From NCBI GenBank assembly GCA_965223505.1, contig CBDCWP010000030.1, positions 224,001-288,000 on the forward strand: DNA of 64,000 nucleotides, in the 5' to 3' direction. This DNA comes from Planctomycetota bacterium (GTDB taxonomy: Bacteria; Planctomycetota; PLA2; JAEUHO01). Shown piece by piece: positions 49,790 through 59,462 of this stretch. Position 1 is the stretch's first letter. Each line of letters starts with the position of its first letter. A program made the position numbers and the translations under genes. The notes below the pieces were generated by a model that saw only the letters and a list, made by a program, of their open reading frames with translations, ran no database searches and was not told where the DNA came from.

Positions 49790-50715
49790 TTGAGCCGCAC
49801 CCGGGGATCGACGACGGCGTAGAGCACGTCCGCCAAGAGGCTGAAGAAGATGTAGGCGATCGAGCCGAAGACGACCATCGCCTTGATGACGGGGAAGTCG
49901 TCGGTCTGGAGGGCCTCGATGGACATCGCGCCGAGGCCGGGCACGCCGAAGAACGTCTCCAGCAACAAGCTGCCGACGAACAGGAACGGGATCGTGATCA
50001 TCACGCGCGTGATGAGCGGAATCATGCCGTTCTTCAGGATGTGCTTGAACAGGATCGTCCGCGTGCTCAGCCCCTTGGCCGCCGCGGTGCGCACGTAGTC
50101 CTGCCGCATCTCGTCGAGCATCGTCGTGCGGAAGAACCGCGTCTCACCGCCGACGGACAGGAACACCCAGATCGTCCACGGCAGCAGCAAGAACACGATG
50201 CCCTGCCAGGACCACTCGTAGCCGAAGATCGGCAGCAGGTTCCAGCGGTAGGCGATGAAATACTGTCCGAACAGGATGTACGCGAGGCTCGAGATCGACA
50301 TGCCCGCGACCGACGCGATCACGGTCGTTCGGTCCGCGAGCGAGTCCCGGTAGAACGCGCAGAACAGGCCGAGTGACACTGCGAACATCACCGCCATGAG
50401 GAACGCGGGGAACGTGATCGACATGCTGGGCCCCAGGCCCTCCAAGATCATGTCGTTGACGTCCCGGTTCGTCTTCCAGGACTCGCCGAAGTCGAGCGTG
50501 AAGGTCTGCCCCAGGAACTCGAGGTATTGCACGAGGAGGGGACGGTCGGTCCCCAGCTCCTTGCGGGTCTCTTCGATCTGCTTCGGGCTGGCTTTGAGTC
50601 CCGCCTGCGTAATGGCGGGGTCGGTGATCACGTTGAAGAGCAGGAACGTGATGATCGTGATCCCGATCAGCGTCGGAATGGCCAGCAACAGGCGACGAAC
50701 GACGTAGGCCGTCAA
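49786..50715 (-). CDS. oligopeptide ABC permease OppB/DppB
   Basis: YVVRRLLLAIPTL, QDYVRTAAAKGL, ETFFGVPGLG, ADVLYAVVDPRVR. Confidence 0.93.
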   Translation of the reverse strand: MTAYVVRRLLLAIPTLIGITIITFLLFNVITDPAITQAGLKASPKQIEETRKELGTDRPLLVQYLEFLGQTFTLDFGESWKTNRDVNDMILEGLGPSMSITFPAFLMAVMFAVSLGLFCAFYRDSLADRTTVIASVAGMSISSLAYILFGQYFIAYRWNLLPIFGYEWSWQGIVFLLLPWTIWVFLSVGGETRFFRTTMLDEMRQDYVRTAAAKGLSTRTILFKHILKNGMIPLITRVMITIPFLFVGSLLLETFFGVPGLGAMSIEALQTDDFPVIKAMVVFGSIAYIFFSLLADVLYAVVDPRVRLK

Positions 50716-50716
50716 C

Positions 50717-52657
50717 TCACCACCCCCTCTTCGTTCGTCGCGCAGAGAACAACGTCGTCCCGATGAGCAAGGCGAAGAGGCCCAACACGACGAACACCGG
50801 CCACACCACCGGCTGGTTCATCTCCTCGACGCGCCTGTCACGCATGCCCTCGTCGACCCGGCAATACTGGAAGTACTTCTCACTGATGTCGTTGTAGTAG
50901 AAGCCGTGCAGCCACGGCTGCATGAGACTGAACGTGATGCGTCGGAACCGGAACACCCAAGGACACTGATCGACGACGATGCGCTGGATCTCGCGGTACA
51001 GCCGCGTCCGCTCCTGGCCGGGCGGCAGTCGAATCGCCTGGGCGTAGAGCTCGTTGAGCTTCGCGTCGTTGAAGTTCGACGAGTTCGGGCTGGGGCTGTT
51101 GGGCCCGTAGAACAGCTGCAGGAAGTTCTGCGCTTCGGGATAGTCGGCGCCCCACGACACGCCCCACATCGAGGCCTTCTTCTCCTTCGTGCGGCGGAGG
51201 AACTCGGGCCACGACGCGACATACGGCCGGAATTCGAGACCGATGTCGCTCATGTCGCGTTTGAACGCCTCGAAGTGCTGCCGTGACGTCTGGTCGTTGA
51301 GAATGTCCTTCTCGAGCACGGGAACGCCCTCGCCGCCCGGCATGCCGGCGTCGGCGAGCACCTTGCGCGCCCGCGCCAAGGCCTGCTCCCGGGTCTCGCC
51401 CGGCTGCCGCAGCCAGGGGTTCTTCAGAGCGGGGTCGTACTCCGGAAACTCCTCGATGATGGGGCCCTGCATCGGCGTCGCGCGCCCGTTGTAGAGGTGC
51501 TCGATCGCCCACTCGCGATCGTTGGCGAGCGAGATGGCGCGCCGAAGCGCCAGTCCCTTCTCGCCGGCCGGGTAGCCGAAGACCTCGTTCTCCATGTTGA
51601 AGGCGTCGTAGATCACCTCGAGCTTGGGATCGACGTGCAGGCGGATGCCGCGCGCCTTCATTTCGGGAAGGAGGTCCATCGTCGCCGCGTCGACGGCGCC
51701 GCCGAAGTTGTCCTTCGGGATGCGCCCGCGATCGAGATAGCCCCGCTGGAAGTAGAGCCAGAGCGGGGTGTCCTCGCGGAAGACCGTCGCGACGACGCGG
51801 TCGTTGAGCGGCAGCCGCTTGCCGGCCTCCTTCATGATGCCGCGCTCGTGCGCCTGCCGGCTGCCCTCGGTCGGAAAGTACGCCTCGCGGAAGTTCTCGT
51901 TCTTGACCAGGATCAGGTGCTTGGTGCCGTTGAACGACTCGAGTCGGTAGGGCCCGCTGCCCACGCCGTGCTGGCCGAACTCCTTGCCGTGGTACTTCAC
52001 GGCTTCGGGCGGGTAGATCGACGTGTACGGCATCGCGAGCACCCAACGCAGCTCCGGGTAGGGCTCGACGAGCTTGATCATCAGGGTGTGGCGGTCGACG
52101 GCCTTCAGCCCGGCGACCTCCGGGTAGCCCTCTTCCTGGGTGTACTTGTCCCGCCCGGGGTTCTTGCGCACGCCGGCGGACTGCTCGGTGAACGCGTCGA
52201 GGCCTTCCACGCGGCCCGCGAGCACCCAGCGCCCGGGGCTCTTCGTGCGCGAGTCCATCAGGCGCTTCAGACAGAACACGACGTCGGAGGCCACGACCTC
52301 TCGGCCCTTGCCGTCTGGGAAGCACGGATCGTTCGCGTAGCGAACGCCCTGCTTGAGCCTGATCGTGTACGTCAGCGCGTCGTCCGACATCTCGGGCAGC
52401 GCGTCGGCGAGGCAGGGCTTCAGCTCGTAGGGCCGTTTCGTGTAGTGGTACTCGTACAGCTGGTCGTACAGGTTGAGCACGCTGAGGACGCCGAATTGCC
52501 CGTCCGCCAGCGCCGGGTCGAGGCTCTTGACCGCGTCACGCAGGTACGTGTGTAGGGTGCCCTTCGGCTCACTGGGGTACGGGTTCGATCCGCATGCGAG
52601 CAGCGACGCGAGCAGGACGACGCCGCACGCCTGACGGATGATTCGAATGCCCCGCAC
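50717..52657 (-). CDS. ABC substrate-binding lipoprotein, family 5 (paralog of 43840-45669)
   Basis: LLAC lipobox; LYDQLYEYHYTKRPYELKPCLA; WGADYPEAQNFLQLFYGPN. Confidence 0.92.
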   Translation of the reverse strand: MRGIRIIRQACGVVLLASLLACGSNPYPSEPKGTLHTYLRDAVKSLDPALADGQFGVLSVLNLYDQLYEYHYTKRPYELKPCLADALPEMSDDALTYTIRLKQGVRYANDPCFPDGKGREVVASDVVFCLKRLMDSRTKSPGRWVLAGRVEGLDAFTEQSAGVRKNPGRDKYTQEEGYPEVAGLKAVDRHTLMIKLVEPYPELRWVLAMPYTSIYPPEAVKYHGKEFGQHGVGSGPYRLESFNGTKHLILVKNENFREAYFPTEGSRQAHERGIMKEAGKRLPLNDRVVATVFREDTPLWLYFQRGYLDRGRIPKDNFGGAVDAATMDLLPEMKARGIRLHVDPKLEVIYDAFNMENEVFGYPAGEKGLALRRAISLANDREWAIEHLYNGRATPMQGPIIEEFPEYDPALKNPWLRQPGETREQALARARKVLADAGMPGGEGVPVLEKDILNDQTSRQHFEAFKRDMSDIGLEFRPYVASWPEFLRRTKEKKASMWGVSWGADYPEAQNFLQLFYGPNSPSPNSSNFNDAKLNELYAQAIRLPPGQERTRLYREIQRIVVDQCPWVFRFRRITFSLMQPWLHGFYYNDISEKYFQYCRVDEGMRDRRVEEMNQPVVWPVFVVLGLFALLIGTTLFSARRTKRGW

Positions 52658-52702
52658 GACCGGGGACCATACGGATTGCCCGCGCGCGGAGCAACCGCGC
52701 GA

Positions 52703-54043
52703 TCAGAACCGCTGGCGGGGATCCATGGCGTCGCGCAACGCGTCGCCGACGAGGTTGAAGCAGACGACGGCGAGCACGATCGCGAACCCGGGCAGCGTCG
52801 ACACCCACCAGGCCGTCTCGAGAACGCCGCGGCCGTCGTTGACGATGTTGCCCCAGGTCGCCGTGGGCGGCGTGATCCCGAGACCGAGGAACGACAGGCT
52901 CGCCTCCACGAGGATGGTGTTCCCGAGCTGCAGCGTCGACGCCACGATCACCGGCGCCATCGCGTTCGGCACGAGGTGGCGGAAGATGATCCGGCGCTTG
53001 CCGAAGCCCATCGACTTCGCCGCCGCGGTGAAGTCGAGCTCCTTCAGCCGGAGCAACTCAGCCCGAATGAGTCGCGCCACCCCCATCCAACCGGTTGCGC
53101 CCAGGATCAACACGATCGTGAAGATGCCCGCCCCTTCATAGACGGTCACGATCAGCAACAGCAGCAGCAGTCGGGGGAACGCCAACAGGATGTCGACGAA
53201 CCGCATGATCGCGCCGTCGATGAAACCACCGAAGTACCCGGCGAGCGCGCCGAACAAGACGCCGAGAGAGACCGCGACGCCGACCGCCAGGAAGCCGATG
53301 ACCAAAGAAATGCGGCTGCCGTAGATGATGCGGCTCAGGAGATCGCGCCCCTTGTCGTCGGTGCCGAGCAGATAGGTCTCGGTGCGGAACGGCACCTCCT
53401 TGTCGCCGAGCATCATCGTCTGCTCGGTGTCCGCGCGGCGCTTCCAGCCGCGCTTGGGCTCGCCGATCCTGTTCAGCCGCACCTTCTTCTCGGGATGGTC
53501 GCCGCCGCGCTCCAGGATGAGCTTGTCGTCTTCGATGCGATAGCTCAGCCCGGCGACCTCGCCGCGCTTCGTGTCGCCGAAGATGGTGACGGTGTCGCCG
53601 GGCGCGCGGTAGGCGCTGGGCGCGGTGTCCTTGGGAATCTCGTTCGGCCCGTAGGGCGCGAGCACAGGACAGAGGAACCCGACGCCGTAGACCAGGCCGA
53701 GGATCGTGAGCCCCCACACGCCGCGCGGCTTCGTCTTGAACGCGCGGAAGGCGAGTTGCCACGTGCCCATGCCTTCCTTCGGCGGCGGCGTCACGAGGTT
53801 CTTGAGGCTCTTGTGCGCCCACCAGATCAGCGCGAACGGCGCGGCCGCCAGGAACCCGATGGCGACGACGTTCTCCGCCGACCAATCGCCGAAGATCTCC
53901 CCAATCCGGTCCCAGCGTCCGATGACGACAGCGCCGTAGGCGACGGTGTACAGCAGCGGCCGCCAGGCCTGACGCAAGTACCCGCGCCGAAGGTGCCCGA
54001 CGCCGGGGATCAAGCTCTCGTAGACCTGCGCGGGCGTCGTCAT
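52703..54043 (-). CDS. oligopeptide ABC permease OppC/DppC, extended N-terminus
   Basis: LGTDDKGRDLLSRIIYGSRISL, IIFRHLVPN, EASLSFLGLG, GDALRDAMDPR. Confidence 0.92.
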   Translation of the reverse strand: MTTPAQVYESLIPGVGHLRRGYLRQAWRPLLYTVAYGAVVIGRWDRIGEIFGDWSAENVVAIGFLAAAPFALIWWAHKSLKNLVTPPPKEGMGTWQLAFRAFKTKPRGVWGLTILGLVYGVGFLCPVLAPYGPNEIPKDTAPSAYRAPGDTVTIFGDTKRGEVAGLSYRIEDDKLILERGGDHPEKKVRLNRIGEPKRGWKRRADTEQTMMLGDKEVPFRTETYLLGTDDKGRDLLSRIIYGSRISLVIGFLAVGVAVSLGVLFGALAGYFGGFIDGAIMRFVDILLAFPRLLLLLLIVTVYEGAGIFTIVLILGATGWMGVARLIRAELLRLKELDFTAAAKSMGFGKRRIIFRHLVPNAMAPVIVASTLQLGNTILVEASLSFLGLGITPPTATWGNIVNDGRGVLETAWWVSTLPGFAIVLAVVCFNLVGDALRDAMDPRQRF

Positions 54044-55491
54044 CTGAGCCTCACGCGCGGGTCTGCGACCGCATAGAGAATGTCCGCGATCAGACTCCCG
54101 ACGACGACCATCACCGTTCCGATCAGCGTGATGGCGGTCACCGTCGTCACATCGCGACCGTTGATGGCCGTGATCGCCTCGCGACCCATGCCGGGCCAGT
54201 TGAAGATGTACTCCGTGATGACGGCGCCCGACACGAGGAACGGCATCCAGAGACCGAACAGTGTGATGATCGGCAGCAGCGAGTTGCGCAGCGCGTGCTT
54301 GAAGATCACCTTGCGCTCACTCAGCCCCTTCGCACGCGCGGTGCGGATGTAGTCCTGTCCCATCACCTCGAGCATGGCGGAGCGCTGATAGCGTGCCGTG
54401 CCAGCAGCGCCCGCGATGCCGAGTACGAAGGCCGGGCCGATCATGTGCCATAACGTGTCGAGTAAGCCGTCCTCGCCGATGCTGTTCATGCCGGAAGTCG
54501 GGAGGACGTCGAACCGAACAGCGAACGTCAAGATAATCATCAGCCCGAGCCAGAAGCCGGGCATGGAGTAGACGAAGAGCGCGCCGACCGTGATGCCGTG
54601 ATCGAGCGCAGTGTCCTGCTTCACGGCGGAGATCACACCGATGATGATGCCGACGATGAAATTCAGGATGATCGCGAGGGACGCGAGCTTGAGCGTGTTC
54701 CAGAGCGGCTCGCTCAGATGCTCAAGGACCGGCGTTCGGTTCAGGATCGACGTGCCCAAGCTGAAGCGTAGGCCCGTCTCGTCCAACGGATCGTCGGGAA
54801 CGACGATACGCGTCGACGCGAACTCGTACTGATCCGGCTTGGCGGCAGCGGGACCGAACGTCCCGTCGTCGTTGCGCTTCAGCGTGAGCGGCGTCAGGTC
54901 CGTCGCCGTGAGCACCAGCTCGTGCGGCGGGGTCGCCAGCGTCTTCTCGACGATCACACGGCCGCCGTCACCGTTCCGGATCGTGAGGCCCTGCCAGAGG
55001 AGCGTGGACGTCGGGTCACCGGCGAGAAAGGTACGGCCGTCGACCTCGTAGTGCCCTTCCGCCAGCTCGAACGGTGAGAAAGCACCGTCGGCCCCGGCGC
55101 TCACCGTCACAGGAGGCGGCACCACGTCGCCAGGGTCCTCTCTGTAGTGCTCGAACGTGATCGAGGTGGCGGGCTCCTGTACGCGGGCCCGAATGTGTCC
55201 TCTCTTGTCGATGGAGAACACCTCGAAGTCGTATCCACCACCGTCGTACGAGTCGACCTCCTCCTTCCCCCAGAACATCGTCTTGATCTGGTGGATATAG
55301 CGCTTGAAGATCGGCTTGTCGTAGCCCCACTTCGCGCGCAAACGCTCGAAGTCCTTCTCCTTCATCTTCGGGTTCTCGGCAGCCGAGAACGCGTCACCCG
55401 GCGCCAGGTTGACCGCGAAGAACGTGAGCGTGTAGACGCCCCAGATGATGAAGAGGCCGAGCAGCAGGCGGCGAACGATGTATGCGTACAA
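54040..55491 (-). CDS. oligopeptide ABC permease OppB/DppB with a large periplasmic insertion
   Basis: YIVRRLL..., then ~170 extra beta-rich residues, then LGTS...QDYIRTARAKGL...ADILYAVADPRVR. Confidence 0.9.
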   Translation of the reverse strand: MYAYIVRRLLLGLFIIWGVYTLTFFAVNLAPGDAFSAAENPKMKEKDFERLRAKWGYDKPIFKRYIHQIKTMFWGKEEVDSYDGGGYDFEVFSIDKRGHIRARVQEPATSITFEHYREDPGDVVPPPVTVSAGADGAFSPFELAEGHYEVDGRTFLAGDPTSTLLWQGLTIRNGDGGRVIVEKTLATPPHELVLTATDLTPLTLKRNDDGTFGPAAAKPDQYEFASTRIVVPDDPLDETGLRFSLGTSILNRTPVLEHLSEPLWNTLKLASLAIILNFIVGIIIGVISAVKQDTALDHGITVGALFVYSMPGFWLGLMIILTFAVRFDVLPTSGMNSIGEDGLLDTLWHMIGPAFVLGIAGAAGTARYQRSAMLEVMGQDYIRTARAKGLSERKVIFKHALRNSLLPIITLFGLWMPFLVSGAVITEYIFNWPGMGREAITAINGRDVTTVTAITLIGTVMVVVGSLIADILYAVADPRVRLR

Positions 55492-55512
55492 GGGGGTTGC
55501 TCGCGGCTCTCG

Positions 55513-57207
55513 CTACTTCTGGATCCACCACTCGTGGACGTTGCGTAGGTACCGCAAGGAGGTCACCTTCACGTTCGTGAACTTCTTGTTGATGCCGACG
55601 AGCCCGCGGGACTCGTACAACATCGTGTAGGGCTGGTCTTTGTACAGGATGTCCTGGAACTCGTGCCAGAGCGGCCGCGCATCCTCGACGTTGGGCAATG
55701 CGCGCCCCTTCTCGATGAGCTCGTCGAGGCGCGGGTTCTTGTAGTCGCAGTAGTTGTAGCCTTTGTTGGCCGCCGACGAGTGCCACGTGGACTTCGGATC
55801 CACCTTCGTGGCGACGCCCCAGCCCGCGACCCAGCTCGTGTACCCGTGCCGCTTGAGCTGCGTCGACATCAGGTTGAAGTCCTTGATCTCGATGTTGACC
55901 TTGACGCCGATCTCGGCCAAGTCCGACTGCGCAAACTCGGCGATCTGCTTCCGCACGTTGTTGCCCACGTTGGTGACCATCGTGAAGATGAGCGGCTTCC
56001 CGTCCTTGGCGTAGATTCCGTCCGCGTTCTTCTTCCAGCCGGCCTCCTGAAGCAGCTCCTCGGCCTTGTCCGGATCGTACTCGTAGGGTTCGAGGTCCTT
56101 CTTCGACGCCCAGAACGAGCTGATGATGTTCGGACCCGCGACCTTGGCGTACCCGTAGAAGACCGTGTCGATGATATTCTCGCGGTCGATGGCGTAGGTC
56201 ATCGCCTGCCGCACGCGGTAGTCGTCGAATGGGAAGGTCGTGCAGTTCCAGCCGATGTATCCGAAGACACGTGACATGTGGGTGTAGAGCTCCAGGTGCT
56301 CGGTCTTGCCGACGCGCGCGACGTCCTTCGGCAGGACGCTGTTCATCACGTCGACGTCGCCGCCGATCAGCGACGTGAACATGGCGCCCATGTCGCCGAA
56401 GATGCGGAAGACGACCTTGTCGAGATACGGCTTGGGCGCGTCCCAGTACCTCTCGTTGCGAACGAGGGTAATTTCCTGGTTGGGCTTGTACTCCCCGAGC
56501 TTGAAGGGGCCGCCTGCGGCGGACGTGGCCTGCTCCAACCAGCTGCCGTACGTCTGCCACTTCGAGAACGGCACCTTGCCGAAGCTGTGCTTCGGGATGA
56601 CCATCGCGTCGTTGATGTCCATCAGCTGGTAGGGATAGTCCTCGGAGTAGCGCACGACGAAATTGCGCCCGTCTTCCGGGTCCACCTCGACGGCGACAAT
56701 GCGGTCCACGATCGAACGCCCGGTCCAGGCGACGTCCTCGTTCTTGCCGGCCTCCACGGAGAAGGCGATGTCGTGTCCGGTGATCTGCGTGCCGTCGGCC
56801 CAGTAGCACTCGCGCAAGCGGAAATGGAGCGACTTCTTGTCGTCGCCACGCTTCGGCAACGCCTCGGCGATGTTGGGTGTGAACGTGGGCGGGCCGTTGT
56901 AGTAGTCGGCCTCTTCGACGTAGAGCCGCGGGAAGACGAGCTCCTGCACCTCCGATGCGGTCAACGAAGACGAGATGTAGGGGTTGATGGCGTCGATGTC
57001 CTGAAGGATCGCGACGATGACCGCGCCGCCCCGGACCGGCTTCACGCCCGCGGGGGGCTTCTTCCACGCCTCGGTGGGGGTCGCGTCGTCCGATCGAACC
57101 TCGTTGGCCAGCGGTTCCCTCTCGGCCGAGGAGACGGGCGCGATCGAGGCGACGACGGCCGCAAGAAGGAAGAGGTGCAAGGTGAACCGAAGTCGAATGG
57201 GCGTCAT
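55513..57207 (-). CDS. ABC substrate-binding protein, family 5 (peptide-binding)
   Basis: GGAVIVAILQD..INP, GPFKLGEY, RNERYW..KPYLDKV, DYRVRQAMTYAIDR, YKNPRLDELIE. Confidence 0.92.
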   Translation of the reverse strand: MTPIRLRFTLHLFLLAAVVASIAPVSSAEREPLANEVRSDDATPTEAWKKPPAGVKPVRGGAVIVAILQDIDAINPYISSSLTASEVQELVFPRLYVEEADYYNGPPTFTPNIAEALPKRGDDKKSLHFRLRECYWADGTQITGHDIAFSVEAGKNEDVAWTGRSIVDRIVAVEVDPEDGRNFVVRYSEDYPYQLMDINDAMVIPKHSFGKVPFSKWQTYGSWLEQATSAAGGPFKLGEYKPNQEITLVRNERYWDAPKPYLDKVVFRIFGDMGAMFTSLIGGDVDVMNSVLPKDVARVGKTEHLELYTHMSRVFGYIGWNCTTFPFDDYRVRQAMTYAIDRENIIDTVFYGYAKVAGPNIISSFWASKKDLEPYEYDPDKAEELLQEAGWKKNADGIYAKDGKPLIFTMVTNVGNNVRKQIAEFAQSDLAEIGVKVNIEIKDFNLMSTQLKRHGYTSWVAGWGVATKVDPKSTWHSSAANKGYNYCDYKNPRLDELIEKGRALPNVEDARPLWHEFQDILYKDQPYTMLYESRGLVGINKKFTNVKVTSLRYLRNVHEWWIQK

Positions 57208-57344
57208 CGAGGCGTGCTCCGTGAGGTCGGGGCCGGTCGGCGCGGCCGGGCCGCTAGCCTAGCGGTTGGGGGCAGGGTGGAAAGGCCTGCCGGGCCGAAA
57301 GCCCGTGGCCCGAGTCAGTCGGCCCTCATCGGTACGCTGACGGC

Positions 57345-58094
57345 ATGAGTGCGCTCTTCCTTGCCAACGTCACCCTCATGGGCGTCGCGGCCAGCGTCGC
57401 CCTGGGCCTTGCGATCATCCTGTTTTGGCGACTGAACCGCCGCAACGAGGCGCTGCGGGCCGACATGGACCGCTTGAAGCGCGAGCACGGCGAGGCGACG
57501 GCCGACCTGCGCTCGCGCATCAGCGAGATCGCGCGGCAGGTGGACTCGGTCCACGAGGAGGTGCCTCCGCTCGTGTCGCGCTTCAAGGAGCACATTCCGG
57601 CGCTCGAGACCCGGGTCGAGGGCGCCGAGAAGCAGCTCTCGGCGGTCGAGCGCCAGCTCAAGGCGGCGGCCGAGGGCGTTCAGACCGCGCGCAAGGAGAC
57701 GGACAAGGTGCAGTCCATCGTGACGAAGCGCGAAGCGTCGCTTTCAGAGCTGCGGGAGGCGATCACGCTCCTGCGCGGGACGGTGGACGAGCATCTCGCG
57801 CGCCGGGGCGCCGACCTCGACGCGGAGGAGGCGCAAGCAGGCGCCGCGACGGCGGTCATCGCCAAACCCGCTGCGACGAAAAAGGCCAAGACGAAGGTCG
57901 TGAGCAAGCCGTCGCCCAAGGCCGCGAAGGCGCCGAAGCAGGCGTCCGCGAAAGGAGCGGCGGAGCCGAAGGCGAAGTCGGCGGCGGCGAGCGGCGAGGA
58001 CGGCGCCGACATCTCGGGCGCGCGTTGGATCTTCGTCGTCATGGCGGCGTTGCTCGGCGCCGCGTTGCTGGCCCAGTGGATCCGGACCCAATAG
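57345..58094 (+). CDS. membrane protein with coiled coil and Lys/Ala-rich linker
   Basis: TM helices at both ends, heptad coiled coil, AK-rich low-complexity segment. Confidence 0.7.
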   Translation: MSALFLANVTLMGVAASVALGLAIILFWRLNRRNEALRADMDRLKREHGEATADLRSRISEIARQVDSVHEEVPPLVSRFKEHIPALETRVEGAEKQLSAVERQLKAAAEGVQTARKETDKVQSIVTKREASLSELREAITLLRGTVDEHLARRGADLDAEEAQAGAATAVIAKPAATKKAKTKVVSKPSPKAAKAPKQASAKGAAEPKAKSAAASGEDGADISGARWIFVVMAALLGAALLAQWIRTQ

Positions 58095-58111
58095 CGCGGA
58101 CGGCGAACACG

Positions 58112-58184
58112 GTAGGGGCAGCCCTTGTGGCTGCCCAACCCGGGACGCCAAGACACGCCGAATTGGGCGACCACAAGGGTCGCC
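58112..58184. repeat. REP doublet, left part, interrupted by the IS110-family element
   Basis: GTAGGGGCAGCCCTTGTGGCTGCCC...TTGGGCGACCACAAGGGTCGCC| ; the missing CCTAC is found at 59546-59550. Confidence 0.9.
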
Positions 58185-58189
58185 GGTTT

Positions 58190-58415
58190 AGGGAATGGCA
58201 AGCCCTTTTCTGTCGGCCGTGCGTCCTTTCCGCGTCGCCAGGGTCGGATCCGTCCACTCGGGTTTTCGAGCTCGCCTATTCGGGCGGCGTCATGAGGGGG
58301 AGTCGGACGCGCCTCTCAATCGCCTACACGAGCTGATGCGCTCAGCGGCCCGCCGGAGTACGCGCCCGTTGGTGTCCGATTCCTGGTTTCGCTTCCTCTC
58401 TCTCAGTGCGTTCGC
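58190..58415 (-). ncRNA. putative bridge/seek RNA of the IS1111-like element
   Basis: ~230-nt non-coding end with stem AGCUCG/CGAGCU enclosing UGUAGG and GCCGCCC (target matches) around an inner hairpin; AAACC and AUCC match the donor junction. Boundaries inferred. Confidence 0.6.
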
Positions 58416-59462
58416 TCAGGCAGCCTGGCCTAGGCACCGACGCAGCGAGAACACCTCGCCACGCGAGAACATCACCCACACGCCCACCAGTAGCCGGCGT
58501 GCAAGCGCCATTCGAACCTTGTTGCGGTGCATGCGCCTGAGCATCGGCTGTGCCCACGCCTTCACCTCTGGGTCGAAGGCCAGCAACCGAACCGCCCATT
58601 GCCCCAGCACCCAACGCAACTCGGCGTTTCCGCGTTTGGTCATGCGGCCGTGGTGCGCTCGATCCGCCGAGGCCGAAACGCGTGGAACGACACCCCCATA
58701 GCTCGAGATCTGTCGAGCACCGCGGAAGCGGGTTGCGTCACCCAACTCAGCTTGAAGCGTCAGAGCCGTCTGGGCTCCCGCCTGTGGCAGATTCCGAACG
58801 ATCCAGCCTGAGACTTCGTCCTGCTCGGCCAACTCGCGGATTCGAGCGGTGAGCTTCTCGATGCGCTCCTGCAGAGCCGCAACGACATCCACCAGCGACT
58901 GCAGCGCCAGATCCTGGTTCTCATCACCCAGTCGCTGCTCGCGAAGCCACTGGATCCCGCGCTTGGTGTACAGCTGCGTCACCGGCGCTCGCAGCAGGTA
59001 CGCGTTGAGCATGCCGCGGATGTGCGCCAGCACGCTGGTTCGATGCTGAACGAGCTGATGCCGAACCCGCAACACCTTGCGCTGGCCGAACTCGGCTTCG
59101 GTGGCGAAGTAGGTCAGTGCGTAGCGGTCCAGGTCGCCAAGGTACAGCCGGCGCGAGATCTCCTGGGCGTCGCGTCGATCCGTCTTCTTGCCCTGCTTCT
59201 TCAGATCGAGCTTCGTGGCGTCCACCACAAGCATCTCCAAACCCGCTTCGCGGCAGGCCAGCACGAACCAGCGGTTGCAGCCCAACGCTTCCACCGCGAA
59301 GCGCCCGCCGCCGTAGGTGCCAAGAAACGCAACCAGCGCCGCGGCCGCCTTTCGATCCGGCAGGCGCCACCGCCGCTCCTCTTCGATCTCGCCCTTCGCA
59401 TCACGGACGCAGATTTGGGCGACACTCTTGTGCAGGTCGATTCCGACGTGGTACGCAGTCAT
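58416..59462 (-). CDS. IS110-family transposase (DEDD RuvC-like + Ser-containing Tnp domain)
   Basis: HVGIDLHK (D), AVEALG (E), KKTDRRDA (DD), GVVPRVSASA (Ser), GRMTKRGNAELRW, MALARRL; GAGGAAGG upstream of the ATG. Confidence 0.95.
   Translation of the reverse strand: MTAYHVGIDLHKSVAQICVRDAKGEIEEERRWRLPDRKAAAALVAFLGTYGGGRFAVEALGCNRWFVLACREAGLEMLVVDATKLDLKKQGKKTDRRDAQEISRRLYLGDLDRYALTYFATEAEFGQRKVLRVRHQLVQHRTSVLAHIRGMLNAYLLRAPVTQLYTKRGIQWLREQRLGDENQDLALQSLVDVVAALQERIEKLTARIRELAEQDEVSGWIVRNLPQAGAQTALTLQAELGDATRFRGARQISSYGGVVPRVSASADRAHHGRMTKRGNAELRWVLGQWAVRLLAFDPEVKAWAQPMLRRMHRNKVRMALARRLLVGVWVMFSRGEVFSLRRCLGQAA

Noticed and set aside
57208..57340. tRNA or other ncRNA in the divergent intergenic region
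   Set aside because: Only short GC hairpins; no T-loop, D-loop or acceptor-stem pattern. No tRNA or rRNA was recognised anywhere in the window.
58185..58210. Strong promoter formed at the IS circle junction
   Set aside because: A TTGCCA -35-like hexamer exists near the end, but no convincing -10 appears at 16-18 bp across the predicted junction.
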